A stretch of 17,481 nt of DNA from Archangium sp. (GTDB lineage: Bacteria; Myxococcota; Myxococcia; Myxococcales; Myxococcaceae). The stretch lies in NCBI GenBank assembly GCA_031367385.1, contig JANLPS010000231.1, forward strand, positions 1 through 17,481. Reading direction: 5' to 3'. Positions 7,748-15,765 of this stretch are shown piece after piece. The notes below the pieces were generated by a model. The model was not told the origin of the DNA. It saw only the letters and a program-made list of their open reading frames with translations, and did not search any database. Position 1 is the first letter of the stretch. Each line of letters opens with the position of its first letter. Position numbers and translations under genes: made by a program.

Positions 7748-7808
7748 GCTCACCATAGTTCGACGCTGGTTCGACAGGCTCACCATGGTTCGACAGGCTC
7801 ACCATGAG
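7748..7808. repeat. Tandem REP-like 19-nt repeat in a convergent intergenic gap
   Basis: TGGTTCGACAGGCTCACCA occurs exactly twice (7767-7785, 7786-7804), preceded by a partial degenerate copy GCTCACCATAGTTCGAC (7748-7764). Confidence 0.85.
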
Positions 7809-7818
7809 AGGAGGGCCG

Positions 7819-8175
7819 CTAGAGCCAGACCAACACGAACGCGATCGCCGCGGGCAGCGCCTGCACCAACCAGATGCGAGGGCCCACCGTGGCCCCGCCG
7901 AACAAGCCCGCGACGATCACGCAGCCCAAAAAGAACAACCGCAACGGCACTTGCAGCACGGGCGCCGCGAAGAGGCTCCAGAACAGGCCCGCGGCCAGAA
8001 AGCCGTTGTAGAGCCCCTGGTTCGCCGCCAGCACCTTCATCAGCTGCGCGTTTTCGGGCGTGTTGTGAAACGTCTTGAGGCCGATTGGCTTGGTCCACAA
8101 GAACGACTCGAGCACGAAGAAGTACACGTGCTCCACCGCAACCAAACCCACCAGCACCATCGCGATCGTGTTCAC
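7819..8175 (-). CDS. DUF1304 family membrane protein
   Basis: LVAVEHVYFFVLESFLW, LAANQGLYNGFLAAGL, IWLVQALPA; four hydrophobic segments; GTGA overlap with the mazG stop. Confidence 0.88.
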   Translation of the reverse strand: MNTIAMVLVGLVAVEHVYFFVLESFLWTKPIGLKTFHNTPENAQLMKVLAANQGLYNGFLAAGLFWSLFAAPVLQVPLRLFFLGCVIVAGLFGGATVGPRIWLVQALPAAIAFVLVWL

Positions 8176-8990
8176 AGCGCCCCCTTTTTTTCAGCGGCCT
8201 TCGCTTCGTTCCAGAACAAGTCCATCTGCTGCAGGGTGGCTTCACCGAAGGCCACGTTCGCCTTCTCGAGCTGCGCCTCGACGTAATGAAACCGCGCGGT
8301 GAAGCGTTTGTTGGTGCCGCGCAGCGCATCTTCGGCCGGGCTGTTCAGCTTGCGCGCGATGTTGGCGAGCGAGAACAGCACGTCTCCCAGCTCATGCTCA
8401 ATCGCGTCGCGGTCTTTCGAAGCGACGGCCTCGTCGAGCTCGGCCAGCTCTTCGTCGAGCTTGGCGCGGGCTCCGGCGACGTCGGGCCAATCGAAGCCGA
8501 TGCGCGAGGCCTTCTCGGTCAGCCGCTCAGCCCGCTGCAGCGCTGGAGCACCGCTGGGTACCCCGTCGAGCACGCTGCCGGCCTTGCCATGCTTGGCCTT
8601 GCGCTCATCGGCCTTCAACTTGGCCCAATTCTGCAGCACCTGCTCCGACCCGCTGACCGTCTTGTCACCGAACACGTGTGGGTGTCGGCGCTCGAGCTTG
8701 TCGGCGATGGCGTTGCACACATCGGCCATCGTGAACTCGCCCTTCTCGGCCGCGAGCTCGGCGTGAAAGACGATTTGAAACAGCAAATCGCCCAATTCCT
8801 CGGCGAAGGGCTTCCACGAGCCGCCTGACGACACCCGGTCCATCTCGTCGAGCACCTCGTAGGTCTCTTCGACGAGGTAGGGGCGCAGGCTCCGCAGGTC
8901 TTGCTCCCGGTCCCACGGGCAGCCGCCGGGGGCTCGCAGGCGGGCCATGATGGCCACCAGGCGTTCGAGGCTTTGTCCGACATCAGGCAT
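8172..8990 (-). CDS. mazG: Nucleoside triphosphate pyrophosphohydrolase MazG
   Basis: LRAPGGCPWDREQ, EETYEV, EELGDLLFQIVFHA, RRHPHVFG, GFDW, ELGDVLF (two MazG domains). Start ATG 8990. Confidence 0.95.
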   Translation of the reverse strand: MPDVGQSLERLVAIMARLRAPGGCPWDREQDLRSLRPYLVEETYEVLDEMDRVSSGGSWKPFAEELGDLLFQIVFHAELAAEKGEFTMADVCNAIADKLERRHPHVFGDKTVSGSEQVLQNWAKLKADERKAKHGKAGSVLDGVPSGAPALQRAERLTEKASRIGFDWPDVAGARAKLDEELAELDEAVASKDRDAIEHELGDVLFSLANIARKLNSPAEDALRGTNKRFTARFHYVEAQLEKANVAFGEATLQQMDLFWNEAKAAEKKGAL

Positions 8991-9076
8991 AGAGGCGCGG
9001 CCTACCACCCTTCAAAGGCCCCTTCGAACCAAAGGCTCGTTTTTTCAAGATTTCTCGTCTATTCTCCGCCGCGCGG

Positions 9077-11215
9077 ATGAGAGCGTTTGCCTGCGCGTGT
9101 GCAGTTCTCGTGGCTGCTGGCGCCTGGGCCCAAGTCGAGCTCGTTGACCCTGACGCTCCGACGGTTCGGGCGAAGAAGGTCGTGCCCAAAAAGCAGCCCA
9201 CGGCGACCACTGATGATTCGGTCGACGAGACCACCGACCCGAGCGACCAGACGGTCGAGCCCGATGAGGTGAACACGCCGAAGAAGGCGGCTCCGGCGGG
9301 CAAAGAGCCGGTCATCACGGCTCCGGCCCCTCGCATGCCCGAGTCGACAAAGAAGGAGCCCACGGTCGCGGCGCCACCGGTGTTGACGGTGACGCCGATG
9401 AGCGATTCGCAGCTCGACCAGGCCTGGTCGGCGTGGCGTGAGGCCAGCGCGTCGACCGACGTGAAGCGAGAGCAAGACGCCCGGCAGGCGCTGGTGAAGA
9501 TCAAAAAGAAGATCGGCGCCACCAACCTCGAGGCCTGGGCCGGTGGGCTGCTGCGAATCTCAGAAGCCAAAGAGACCGCGGGAGATTCTGGTGCGGCCGT
9601 CGAGATGGCGGTCACCGCGGCCGAGCTGGCCCCCGAGCTGCCCAGCGCGTGGACCGGGCTCGCAGAGGCCTACTTCAACGCCGACCCGAGCGAAATCGGC
9701 CGGTATCTGGGGGCTTTGAAGACCGCGCTGGTGCTGCAGGTGCGCGACCCCCGCTACGCCCGCCCGATGCTGGCCGACATCGCGACCACCTTGCTGCTGG
9801 CGCTGGTCGGCACGGCCATCGCGGTGTTGCTGGTGCTGCTGCTCAAGCGCGGCGTGTACTTCTTGTACGACTTTCACTTCCTCTTTCCCCGGGCGGCGGC
9901 GCGGTGGCAGACCAATGCGTTGGCGGTGATTCTGCTGATCATGCCAATCGTCTTTCGGTTCGGTGTGGTGCCTTCGCTGCTGGCGCTGTTCGCGGCGGTG
10001 ACGCTGTACCTCTCACTCGCCGAGCGGGTGGTCGCAGCCGTGTTGATTGGCTTGCTGGGCCTGATACCGCTGGCCGGCGGCTGGGTGACGCGCACCACGG
10101 CGTTCGCAGGCACCCAGGCCGAAGCGCTGTACGTTCTCGAACGTGGCGGCTCGGGCACTGAGGCCCTTGCGAGTGAGCTCTCGACGCTCGCCGCAGAAGA
10201 CAAAGCCTCGTTCGCCGAGCTGTCGGTGCTGGGCCGCTATGAAATACGCCGGGGCCGCATCGAGGCGGCGATTGGCCACCTGAAGAAGGCGCTGACCATT
10301 CGGCCGACTGACGTCTCGGCCCGGGTCAACCTGGGCGTCGCGCTGATGCTCAACGGTGACTTGGAGAACCCCAAGGCCCTCTTCTCGAACGCGAAGACCG
10401 AGGCCCCGACGCTGGCCGCCGCCCCCTACAACCTGGCCCGCCTGTATCAACGGCGCTTCGCCACCTTCGGAGAGCGCTCGGCAGGCGAGGCCGACAACGC
10501 GACCGGAGAGCTGTTCGAGGCCCATCGGCGCGACCCGAGCATCGCCATCAACACCGACGGCCCGGCGCCGGGCAATGGACCCATCGAGGGCAACGAGCTC
10601 TTGATGACCGTGCCCCTGCCGAACAGCGAGCTGATGGCGCTGGCGACGCTGGGTGATGCTCCGAAGCGGGTGACCTCGCAGCTGACCCAGATGATTCTGG
10701 GCGATGCGCCCGAGGGCATCGCGCCGTACTACCCGGGCCTGTTGGCCGCCCTGGTGGTGGGCTTGGGGTTCTTGGCGACACCGCTGCAGGCCGCGAAGGT
10801 GTGCAGCAAGTGCGGCCGCCCGGTCAGCCGCCGCGGAGACCCCGACGTGTCACCCGGCAGCCTGATGTGCACCCAGTGCGTGAACGTGTTCGCCAAGAAG
10901 AACGTGGTCGCCACCTCGCAAAAAGTACGCAAGCAGCTCGAAGTCGCCCGCTACCAGAGCCGCATGGAGCGCATCGGCACCGTGCTCGGCCTGCTCTTCT
11001 CGGGCATGGGCCACGTGTTCGCCGGGTGGCCGGTGCGCGGCACGCTGTACGGGTTCTTCTTTCTGGTCGCCCTGCTCGGCTTCATCTTGCGGCATGGCCT
11101 GCTGCGGGCGCCCTACGAGCCGCTGCCGATGGTGGTGCGGGTGGCGCCGTTGGTGGTGGTGTTCGCGGTGGTCTACCTGTTGTCGCTGCGCGAGCTGCGC
11201 AAGAGGCAGGGCTAG
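9077..11215 (+). CDS. Multi-pass membrane protein with signal peptide, TPR repeats and a CxxC...CxxC motif
   Basis: Signal ending AGAWA; Pro/Thr/Asp-rich linker; TPR-like AAELAPELPSAWTGLAEAY and ALTIRPTDVSARVNLGVAL; several hydrophobic helices; CSKC...CTQC; 712 aa. Confidence 0.85.
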   Translation: MRAFACACAVLVAAGAWAQVELVDPDAPTVRAKKVVPKKQPTATTDDSVDETTDPSDQTVEPDEVNTPKKAAPAGKEPVITAPAPRMPESTKKEPTVAAPPVLTVTPMSDSQLDQAWSAWREASASTDVKREQDARQALVKIKKKIGATNLEAWAGGLLRISEAKETAGDSGAAVEMAVTAAELAPELPSAWTGLAEAYFNADPSEIGRYLGALKTALVLQVRDPRYARPMLADIATTLLLALVGTAIAVLLVLLLKRGVYFLYDFHFLFPRAAARWQTNALAVILLIMPIVFRFGVVPSLLALFAAVTLYLSLAERVVAAVLIGLLGLIPLAGGWVTRTTAFAGTQAEALYVLERGGSGTEALASELSTLAAEDKASFAELSVLGRYEIRRGRIEAAIGHLKKALTIRPTDVSARVNLGVALMLNGDLENPKALFSNAKTEAPTLAAAPYNLARLYQRRFATFGERSAGEADNATGELFEAHRRDPSIAINTDGPAPGNGPIEGNELLMTVPLPNSELMALATLGDAPKRVTSQLTQMILGDAPEGIAPYYPGLLAALVVGLGFLATPLQAAKVCSKCGRPVSRRGDPDVSPGSLMCTQCVNVFAKKNVVATSQKVRKQLEVARYQSRMERIGTVLGLLFSGMGHVFAGWPVRGTLYGFFFLVALLGFILRHGLLRAPYEPLPMVVRVAPLVVVFAVVYLLSLRELRKRQG

Positions 11216-11218
11216 ACC

Positions 11219-12391
11219 ATGGCGCTCAAAGGCACGCTCAAAGACTTCGGTATCGCCGATATTCTTCAGCTGATCGGCCAGCAGACCAAGACCGGCACGC
11301 TCAACCTGAAGAACAAGGGCGAAGAGGTGGTGGTCTCGTTCAAAGACGGGAACATCGTTCGCGCCGAGGCGACCAGCCGAAACACGAAAGATCTCATCGG
11401 CTCGATGCTGGTGCGCGCGGCGTTGCTCTCGGAGCAGCAGCTCGACTTCGCGCTCGAGACGCAGAAACGCACGCTGCAGCGCCTGGGCGACATTCTGGTC
11501 GGGCAAGGCACCATTACCTTGGAGAAGTTCAAGGAGATGGTGCAGCTGCAGACCTCGGAGACCCTCTTCAAGCTCTTCGGGTGGAAGTCGGGCACCTACG
11601 CCTTCGAGCAAGTCGACGTCGAGGTCGACTCGTGGCTGGTGCCGCTGCGCGCCGAGTCGGTGCTGATGGAGGGGTTTCGACGGGTCGATGAATGGCCGGT
11701 GGTGAAGAAGAAGATCACCACCTACCGCATGACCTTCGAGCGCAAAAAAGAGCTGCCGCCCGCCCCGCTCGCGAAAGACACCTTCGATGACGCGCTCGAT
11801 GACGCCTTCGCGGAGGAGAAGAAGGAGGTCAACAAGGGCGAGTTTCAATCGGTCGGCGAGAACGAGCGGCGGGTCTACGGCATCGCGACCGCCGGCCGGC
11901 CGGTGTCGACCATCATCGAGATGTCGTTGCTCGGAGAGTTCGAGACCGCCAAGGCGCTCTGCAACCTGCTCAACCTCGAGTACCTGACCGCGGTGACTCC
12001 GGCGGGCACGGTGGCCGACGAGGTCGAGTCGACCAGGCTCACCCGGCTGCTTGGCGTGGTGGGCCGGGTGGTGGTGACGATGCTGGTCGTCGGAGCGCTC
12101 TACTTTCTGGGCTCGCGGCTCGACCTGGGCTCGATTCGCCTGGGCTCGGGCAACGCCTCGACCTTCACCGACCCCGCGGCGCAGCGCTTCGCCGGGCGGC
12201 AGCAGATGTCTCGCATCGAGGCGGCGCTCGAGGTGTATCGGCTCGAGAAGGGCGCCCTGCCGACGACGCTTCGCGAGCTGTCTGAGGTCGGCATCTTGAG
12301 CAGCGACGATCTGCATTACCCGTGGCGCGACGACTACTTCTACCGGCGCACCGACAAGGGCGCGTACGTGTTGTTGCCTCCGCTCAGATAG
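11219..12391 (+). CDS. DUF4388-like protein with tandem MshEN-like motifs, a TM helix and a C-terminal GspG/pseudopilin-like domain
   Basis: MALKGTLKDFGIADILQLI...TGTL...FKDGNIV (DUF4388-type N-terminus); LIGSMLV..Q and RLGDILV.QG..Q repeats; TM VVGRVVVTMLVVGALYFL; ALEVYRLEKGALPTTL...YPWRDDYFY. Confidence 0.85.
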   Translation: MALKGTLKDFGIADILQLIGQQTKTGTLNLKNKGEEVVVSFKDGNIVRAEATSRNTKDLIGSMLVRAALLSEQQLDFALETQKRTLQRLGDILVGQGTITLEKFKEMVQLQTSETLFKLFGWKSGTYAFEQVDVEVDSWLVPLRAESVLMEGFRRVDEWPVVKKKITTYRMTFERKKELPPAPLAKDTFDDALDDAFAEEKKEVNKGEFQSVGENERRVYGIATAGRPVSTIIEMSLLGEFETAKALCNLLNLEYLTAVTPAGTVADEVESTRLTRLLGVVGRVVVTMLVVGALYFLGSRLDLGSIRLGSGNASTFTDPAAQRFAGRQQMSRIEAALEVYRLEKGALPTTLRELSEVGILSSDDLHYPWRDDYFYRRTDKGAYVLLPPLR

Positions 12392-12437
12392 CGGGTTGCG
12401 CTCTCGCCGTGGGTCATGGTTGAAGTGCCGGCCCACG

Positions 12438-13469
12438 ATGAAGTCACTCCATGTCGAGATAGATGATGTCGACGTCGCCAGGGCGTTGGCGGGCGCCCAG
12501 AACGAGAACCTGAAGATCATCGAGCGGCGGCTGGGCGTGAAGGTCGGCCAACGAGGCACCGATCTTCACGTGTCGGGGCCCGATGAGGCCGTCGGCACCG
12601 CGGCCCGGCTGCTCGAGCAGCTGACCTCGCGGCTCGAGACCGGGCGCACGGTGTTCACCGAAGACGTCGAGCAGGCGATCAAGGTGATGGGCCGGCATGG
12701 CGAAGAAGGCCTCAAGGCCATGAATTCGCCCGCGATTTTGACTCAGCGTGGCCGGTCGATCGCGGCTCGGGGCCCGGCGCAGGCCGAGTACCTCGAGCAG
12801 ATTCGCAGCTTCGATGTCGTCTTCGGCATGGGGCCCGCGGGTACCGGCAAGACCTACCTGGCGATGGCGATGGCGGTGTCGTCGCTGCTCGAGAAGCGGG
12901 TGCGAAAGATCGTGCTGGCCCGCCCCGCGGTCGAAGCCGGCGAGAAGCTGGGGTTTTTGCCCGGTGATTTGGCCGACAAGGTGAACCCGTACTTGCGACC
13001 GCTGTACGACGCGCTGGGCGACATGATGGAGCCCGAGCGCGCGGCGACGTTGATCGAGCAAGGGGTGATCGAGGTCGCTCCGTTGGCCTTCATGCGCGGC
13101 AGAACGCTCAATGACTGCTTCGCGATTCTCGATGAGGCGCAGAACACGACCGTCGAGCAGATGAAGATGTTTTTGACCCGGCTGGGGCACCACTCGAAGG
13201 CGGTGGTGACGGGTGATGTGACGCAAATCGACCTGCCGCAGGGCAAGAAGTCGGGCCTGGTGCATGCGCGGCGAATTCTCGAGGGCGTCGAAGGTATTGC
13301 CTTTGCCGACTTCACCGAGGTCGACGTGGTGCGGCACCCGGTCGTGCAAGAGGTGATTCGGGCCTACGCGCGCTCAGAGGCCGCCGAGCGCGGGGGCGTC
13401 GATGCCGAAGAGCGCGAGCTGCCCGAGCCACCAGAAGAGCCGATCAGCTGGTCGTCGGTGACTCGGTAA
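12438..13469 (+). CDS. phoH: PhoH-family ATPase (PhoH/YbeZ-like)
   Basis: GPAGTGKT Walker A, RPAVEAGEKLGFLPGDL, PYLRPLYDAL, PLAFMRGRTL, DEAQN, GDVTQIDL, VVRHPVV. Start ATG 12438. Confidence 0.95.
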   Translation: MKSLHVEIDDVDVARALAGAQNENLKIIERRLGVKVGQRGTDLHVSGPDEAVGTAARLLEQLTSRLETGRTVFTEDVEQAIKVMGRHGEEGLKAMNSPAILTQRGRSIAARGPAQAEYLEQIRSFDVVFGMGPAGTGKTYLAMAMAVSSLLEKRVRKIVLARPAVEAGEKLGFLPGDLADKVNPYLRPLYDALGDMMEPERAATLIEQGVIEVAPLAFMRGRTLNDCFAILDEAQNTTVEQMKMFLTRLGHHSKAVVTGDVTQIDLPQGKKSGLVHARRILEGVEGIAFADFTEVDVVRHPVVQEVIRAYARSEAAERGGVDAEERELPEPPEEPISWSSVTR

Positions 13470-13473
13470 GGCG

Positions 13474-13779
13474 TCAGAGCACTTCGAGGCGCACGGTCTG
13501 GGCGCTCGACTTGTCGTCGTCGATGGAGCCGTCGATGCTCATGCTGCCTTCTTTCTTCAGCACCGCGCTGGTGATGCGTTCGACGACCTTGCTGAGCGAG
13601 TCGCCTTTTTTCACCGCCACCGAGATGTTGCGCGAGCCGTAGCTGAAGTCGATGGTGCCGCTCTCGGCGAGCTTCTTGCCCTTGACGGTGATGTCGAGTG
13701 AGCGCGAGAGGTGCGGGCCGTAGTCTTCGACCTCGTATTCTTTGGGTTGCGAGAGCGAGAGCTTCAGCCCTGTGAGCAA
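13474..13779 (-). CDS. Small hypothetical protein or N-terminally truncated gene
   Basis: Coding-like G/C third positions and Lys/Ser/Asp-rich beta-like sequence (DITVKGKKLAESGTIDFSYGSRNISVAVKKGDSL). The nearest non-overlapping start is TTG 13779, one base after the upstream stop. Confidence 0.55.
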   Translation of the reverse strand: MLTGLKLSLSQPKEYEVEDYGPHLSRSLDITVKGKKLAESGTIDFSYGSRNISVAVKKGDSLSKVVERITSAVLKKEGSMSIDGSIDDDKSSAQTVRLEVL

Positions 13780-13780
13780 A

Positions 13781-15223
13781 TCAGAGCAGCTCGCGGAGGG
13801 CGGATTTCTGAACCTTGCCCATCGCATTTCGCGGCAGCTCGGTGACGATTCGAACGTCTCTGGGGCGCTTGTGCGGCGAGAGCAGGCTTGCGACGAAGTT
13901 GCTCAGCTCAGCCGGGTCAACGGCCGCAGACACGACGACGAACGCGACGATCTTCTCGCCCAGGTCGGCATCGGGCGCCCCCAGCACCGCCGCCTCGCGC
14001 ACCGCTGCGTGCTCGAGGAGCGCCGCTTCGACTTCGCCCGCTCCGACCTTGAAGCCAGCGCACTTGATCAGATCGGTCGCTCGGCGCCCGACGATTCGCA
14101 CCGAGCCGTCGGCGCGCATGCACGCCATGTCTCCCGTATAAAACCAGCCCTCGGCGTCTTTGACGGCCGCGGTGGCATCGGGCCGATTCAGGTACCCCAA
14201 GAACACATTCGGGCCACGCACCGCCACTTCGCCAATCGTCGCGTCGTCGCGCACCGAGAGCGCCACCCGCGCGTCATCGACCAGCTTCAACTCAATGCCT
14301 GGCAACGCCGGGCCCACGGTGCCCGCGCCCGTCGTCGAGCTCAGCGGCACCGCCGTGTTGATGATCGTCTCGGTCAACCCATATCGCTCGAAGACCCGCT
14401 TGCCGGTCAGCGCCTCGATGCGCTGCTGATCTCGCTGCGGCAGCCCCGCCGACCCGCTGATCAAGACCCTCGCCGCCTTGAGCCCCTCGATGACGGTCGC
14501 GTCGGCAAGGGTCATGCGGTGGTACATCGTCGGCACCGCGAACAGCATCGAGCGTCGCTCGGCGAGGGCCGCTGAGGTCTCCCGCACCTCGAACTTGGGA
14601 AACCAGTGCAGCGCCCCACCGGTGCGAATCGAGCCGAACAGGCCCAGCACCAGGCCGTGCACGTGAAAGAGCGGCAAGGCATGCACCACGGTGTCTGCCG
14701 CGGTCCACTCCCAGACCTGGGCGAGGGCATCGAGGTTGAAGGCGACGTTGCGCGCCGAAAGCACGGCGCCTTTGGGCAACCCCGTGGTGCCCGACGTCGA
14801 CAGAATCAGCAGCGGCGCGTCATCGACCTCTCGCCCTTCGAGCGGAGTCGACAGCCCATCGAGCGTCACCCGCACCGTCGGCACGTGCGGCACCCGGGCC
14901 TCGACCGACCCCGGCACCGCCGCCAAGGTCATCACCGGCTTCGCGTCGCTCACGATGTGCGCGAGCTCGAAGGTGCCCAGCTTCGGGTCGAGCGGCACCG
15001 AGACGAAACCCGTCGCCGCGTTGGCGATCAGGGCGACGGCGGTCTCGAGGGTGGGCTGGGTCCAGACTCCGACGTGGGCGCCGCTTTGAACACCCGCCGC
15101 GTGCAGGCGAAAGCGGTGCCCGGCGCAGGCCTCAGCGAGTCGCCGCGAGGTCAGCGTGCGGTCACCCACGCGCAACACGATGCCGTCGTCGGGCCGCTCG
15201 AGCCGGGGGAACAGACGGCTCAT
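13781..15223 (-). CDS. Acyl-CoA synthetase / AMP-binding enzyme (MatB/ACSF3 malonyl-CoA synthetase-like)
   Basis: STSGTTGLPKG P-loop, LPLFHVHGL, SGSA, ERYGLTET, GWFYTGD, LPRNAMGKVQK; ATGA overlap with the upstream stop. Confidence 0.9.
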   Translation of the reverse strand: MSRLFPRLERPDDGIVLRVGDRTLTSRRLAEACAGHRFRLHAAGVQSGAHVGVWTQPTLETAVALIANAATGFVSVPLDPKLGTFELAHIVSDAKPVMTLAAVPGSVEARVPHVPTVRVTLDGLSTPLEGREVDDAPLLILSTSGTTGLPKGAVLSARNVAFNLDALAQVWEWTAADTVVHALPLFHVHGLVLGLFGSIRTGGALHWFPKFEVRETSAALAERRSMLFAVPTMYHRMTLADATVIEGLKAARVLISGSAGLPQRDQQRIEALTGKRVFERYGLTETIINTAVPLSSTTGAGTVGPALPGIELKLVDDARVALSVRDDATIGEVAVRGPNVFLGYLNRPDATAAVKDAEGWFYTGDMACMRADGSVRIVGRRATDLIKCAGFKVGAGEVEAALLEHAAVREAAVLGAPDADLGEKIVAFVVVSAAVDPAELSNFVASLLSPHKRPRDVRIVTELPRNAMGKVQKSALRELL

Positions 15224-15765
15224 CGCCAGGTGGCGCTGAAGACCGCGCGCTCGACGGTCGATGAGAGGGTGGCGACGCGGGCGTCTTTGCCTCCGAGAAT
15301 GCCGACCAGGGCCTCGAGCAGGCCAGCGAAAAACGCAGTCTGACGGCCCTCATTGACGGTGATCTCGAGCTCCTTGTTGCTCTTCTCTTGAACCTCGAGG
15401 GTGACCGGCAGGCTCTCGGCTCCGAAATCAGCGGCCTGCTTGAGCGCGCGGCGCGGGCCGAGCAGCTTCGCCATCGTCAGCCAGGGCCCCTTGAGCAGGT
15501 TGCGGCTCTGCAGCGAGCTGATCACGTGCCGGCCCAAGCGGTGTTGCTGCTCGAGCGCTGAGCTCACCGTGGGAAACAGCGCGGCCGAGGTGAGCTCGAT
15601 CGCCTGAAACCAGACCGTGCGCGGGTACTCGTCGGCCAGGGGGGCATTCAAGTCGAGGCCCGCGAGCTTCAATTGCTCGGTGAGCTCAGCCGTCAGGTCG
15701 GGCGCCAGCACCTTCTTGAACACGGCCTGCACGAGGCGGCCAGGCATGACGCTCGAGTCACTCAC
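15220..15765 (-). CDS. DUF2378 (TIGR02265-like, myxobacterial) family protein
   Basis: LTEQLKLAGLDLNAPLADEYPRTVW, RLGR, AKLLGPRRAL, FFAGLLEA and a C-terminal W; 181 aa; overlaps neighbours at both ends (GTGA, ATGA). Confidence 0.75.
   Translation of the reverse strand: MSDSSVMPGRLVQAVFKKVLAPDLTAELTEQLKLAGLDLNAPLADEYPRTVWFQAIELTSAALFPTVSSALEQQHRLGRHVISSLQSRNLLKGPWLTMAKLLGPRRALKQAADFGAESLPVTLEVQEKSNKELEITVNEGRQTAFFAGLLEALVGILGGKDARVATLSSTVERAVFSATWR

Noticed and set aside
7748..7808. Mini CRISPR array
   Set aside because: The units are 19 nt, directly adjacent with no spacers, and there are no cas genes.
7743..8078. ORF MALTIVRRWFDRLTMVRQAHHER...
   Set aside because: It is a translation of the 19-nt repeat plus the antisense of the DUF1304 gene.
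8172..8990. mazG as part of a toxin-antitoxin or anti-phage system
   Set aside because: It is the ordinary two-domain housekeeping type with no mazEF or defence genes adjacent.
10850..13349. Long minus-strand ORFs (569 aa and 301 aa)
   Set aside because: They are antisense shadows of well-supported plus-strand genes, as expected from high-GC codon bias, and carry no recognisable motifs.
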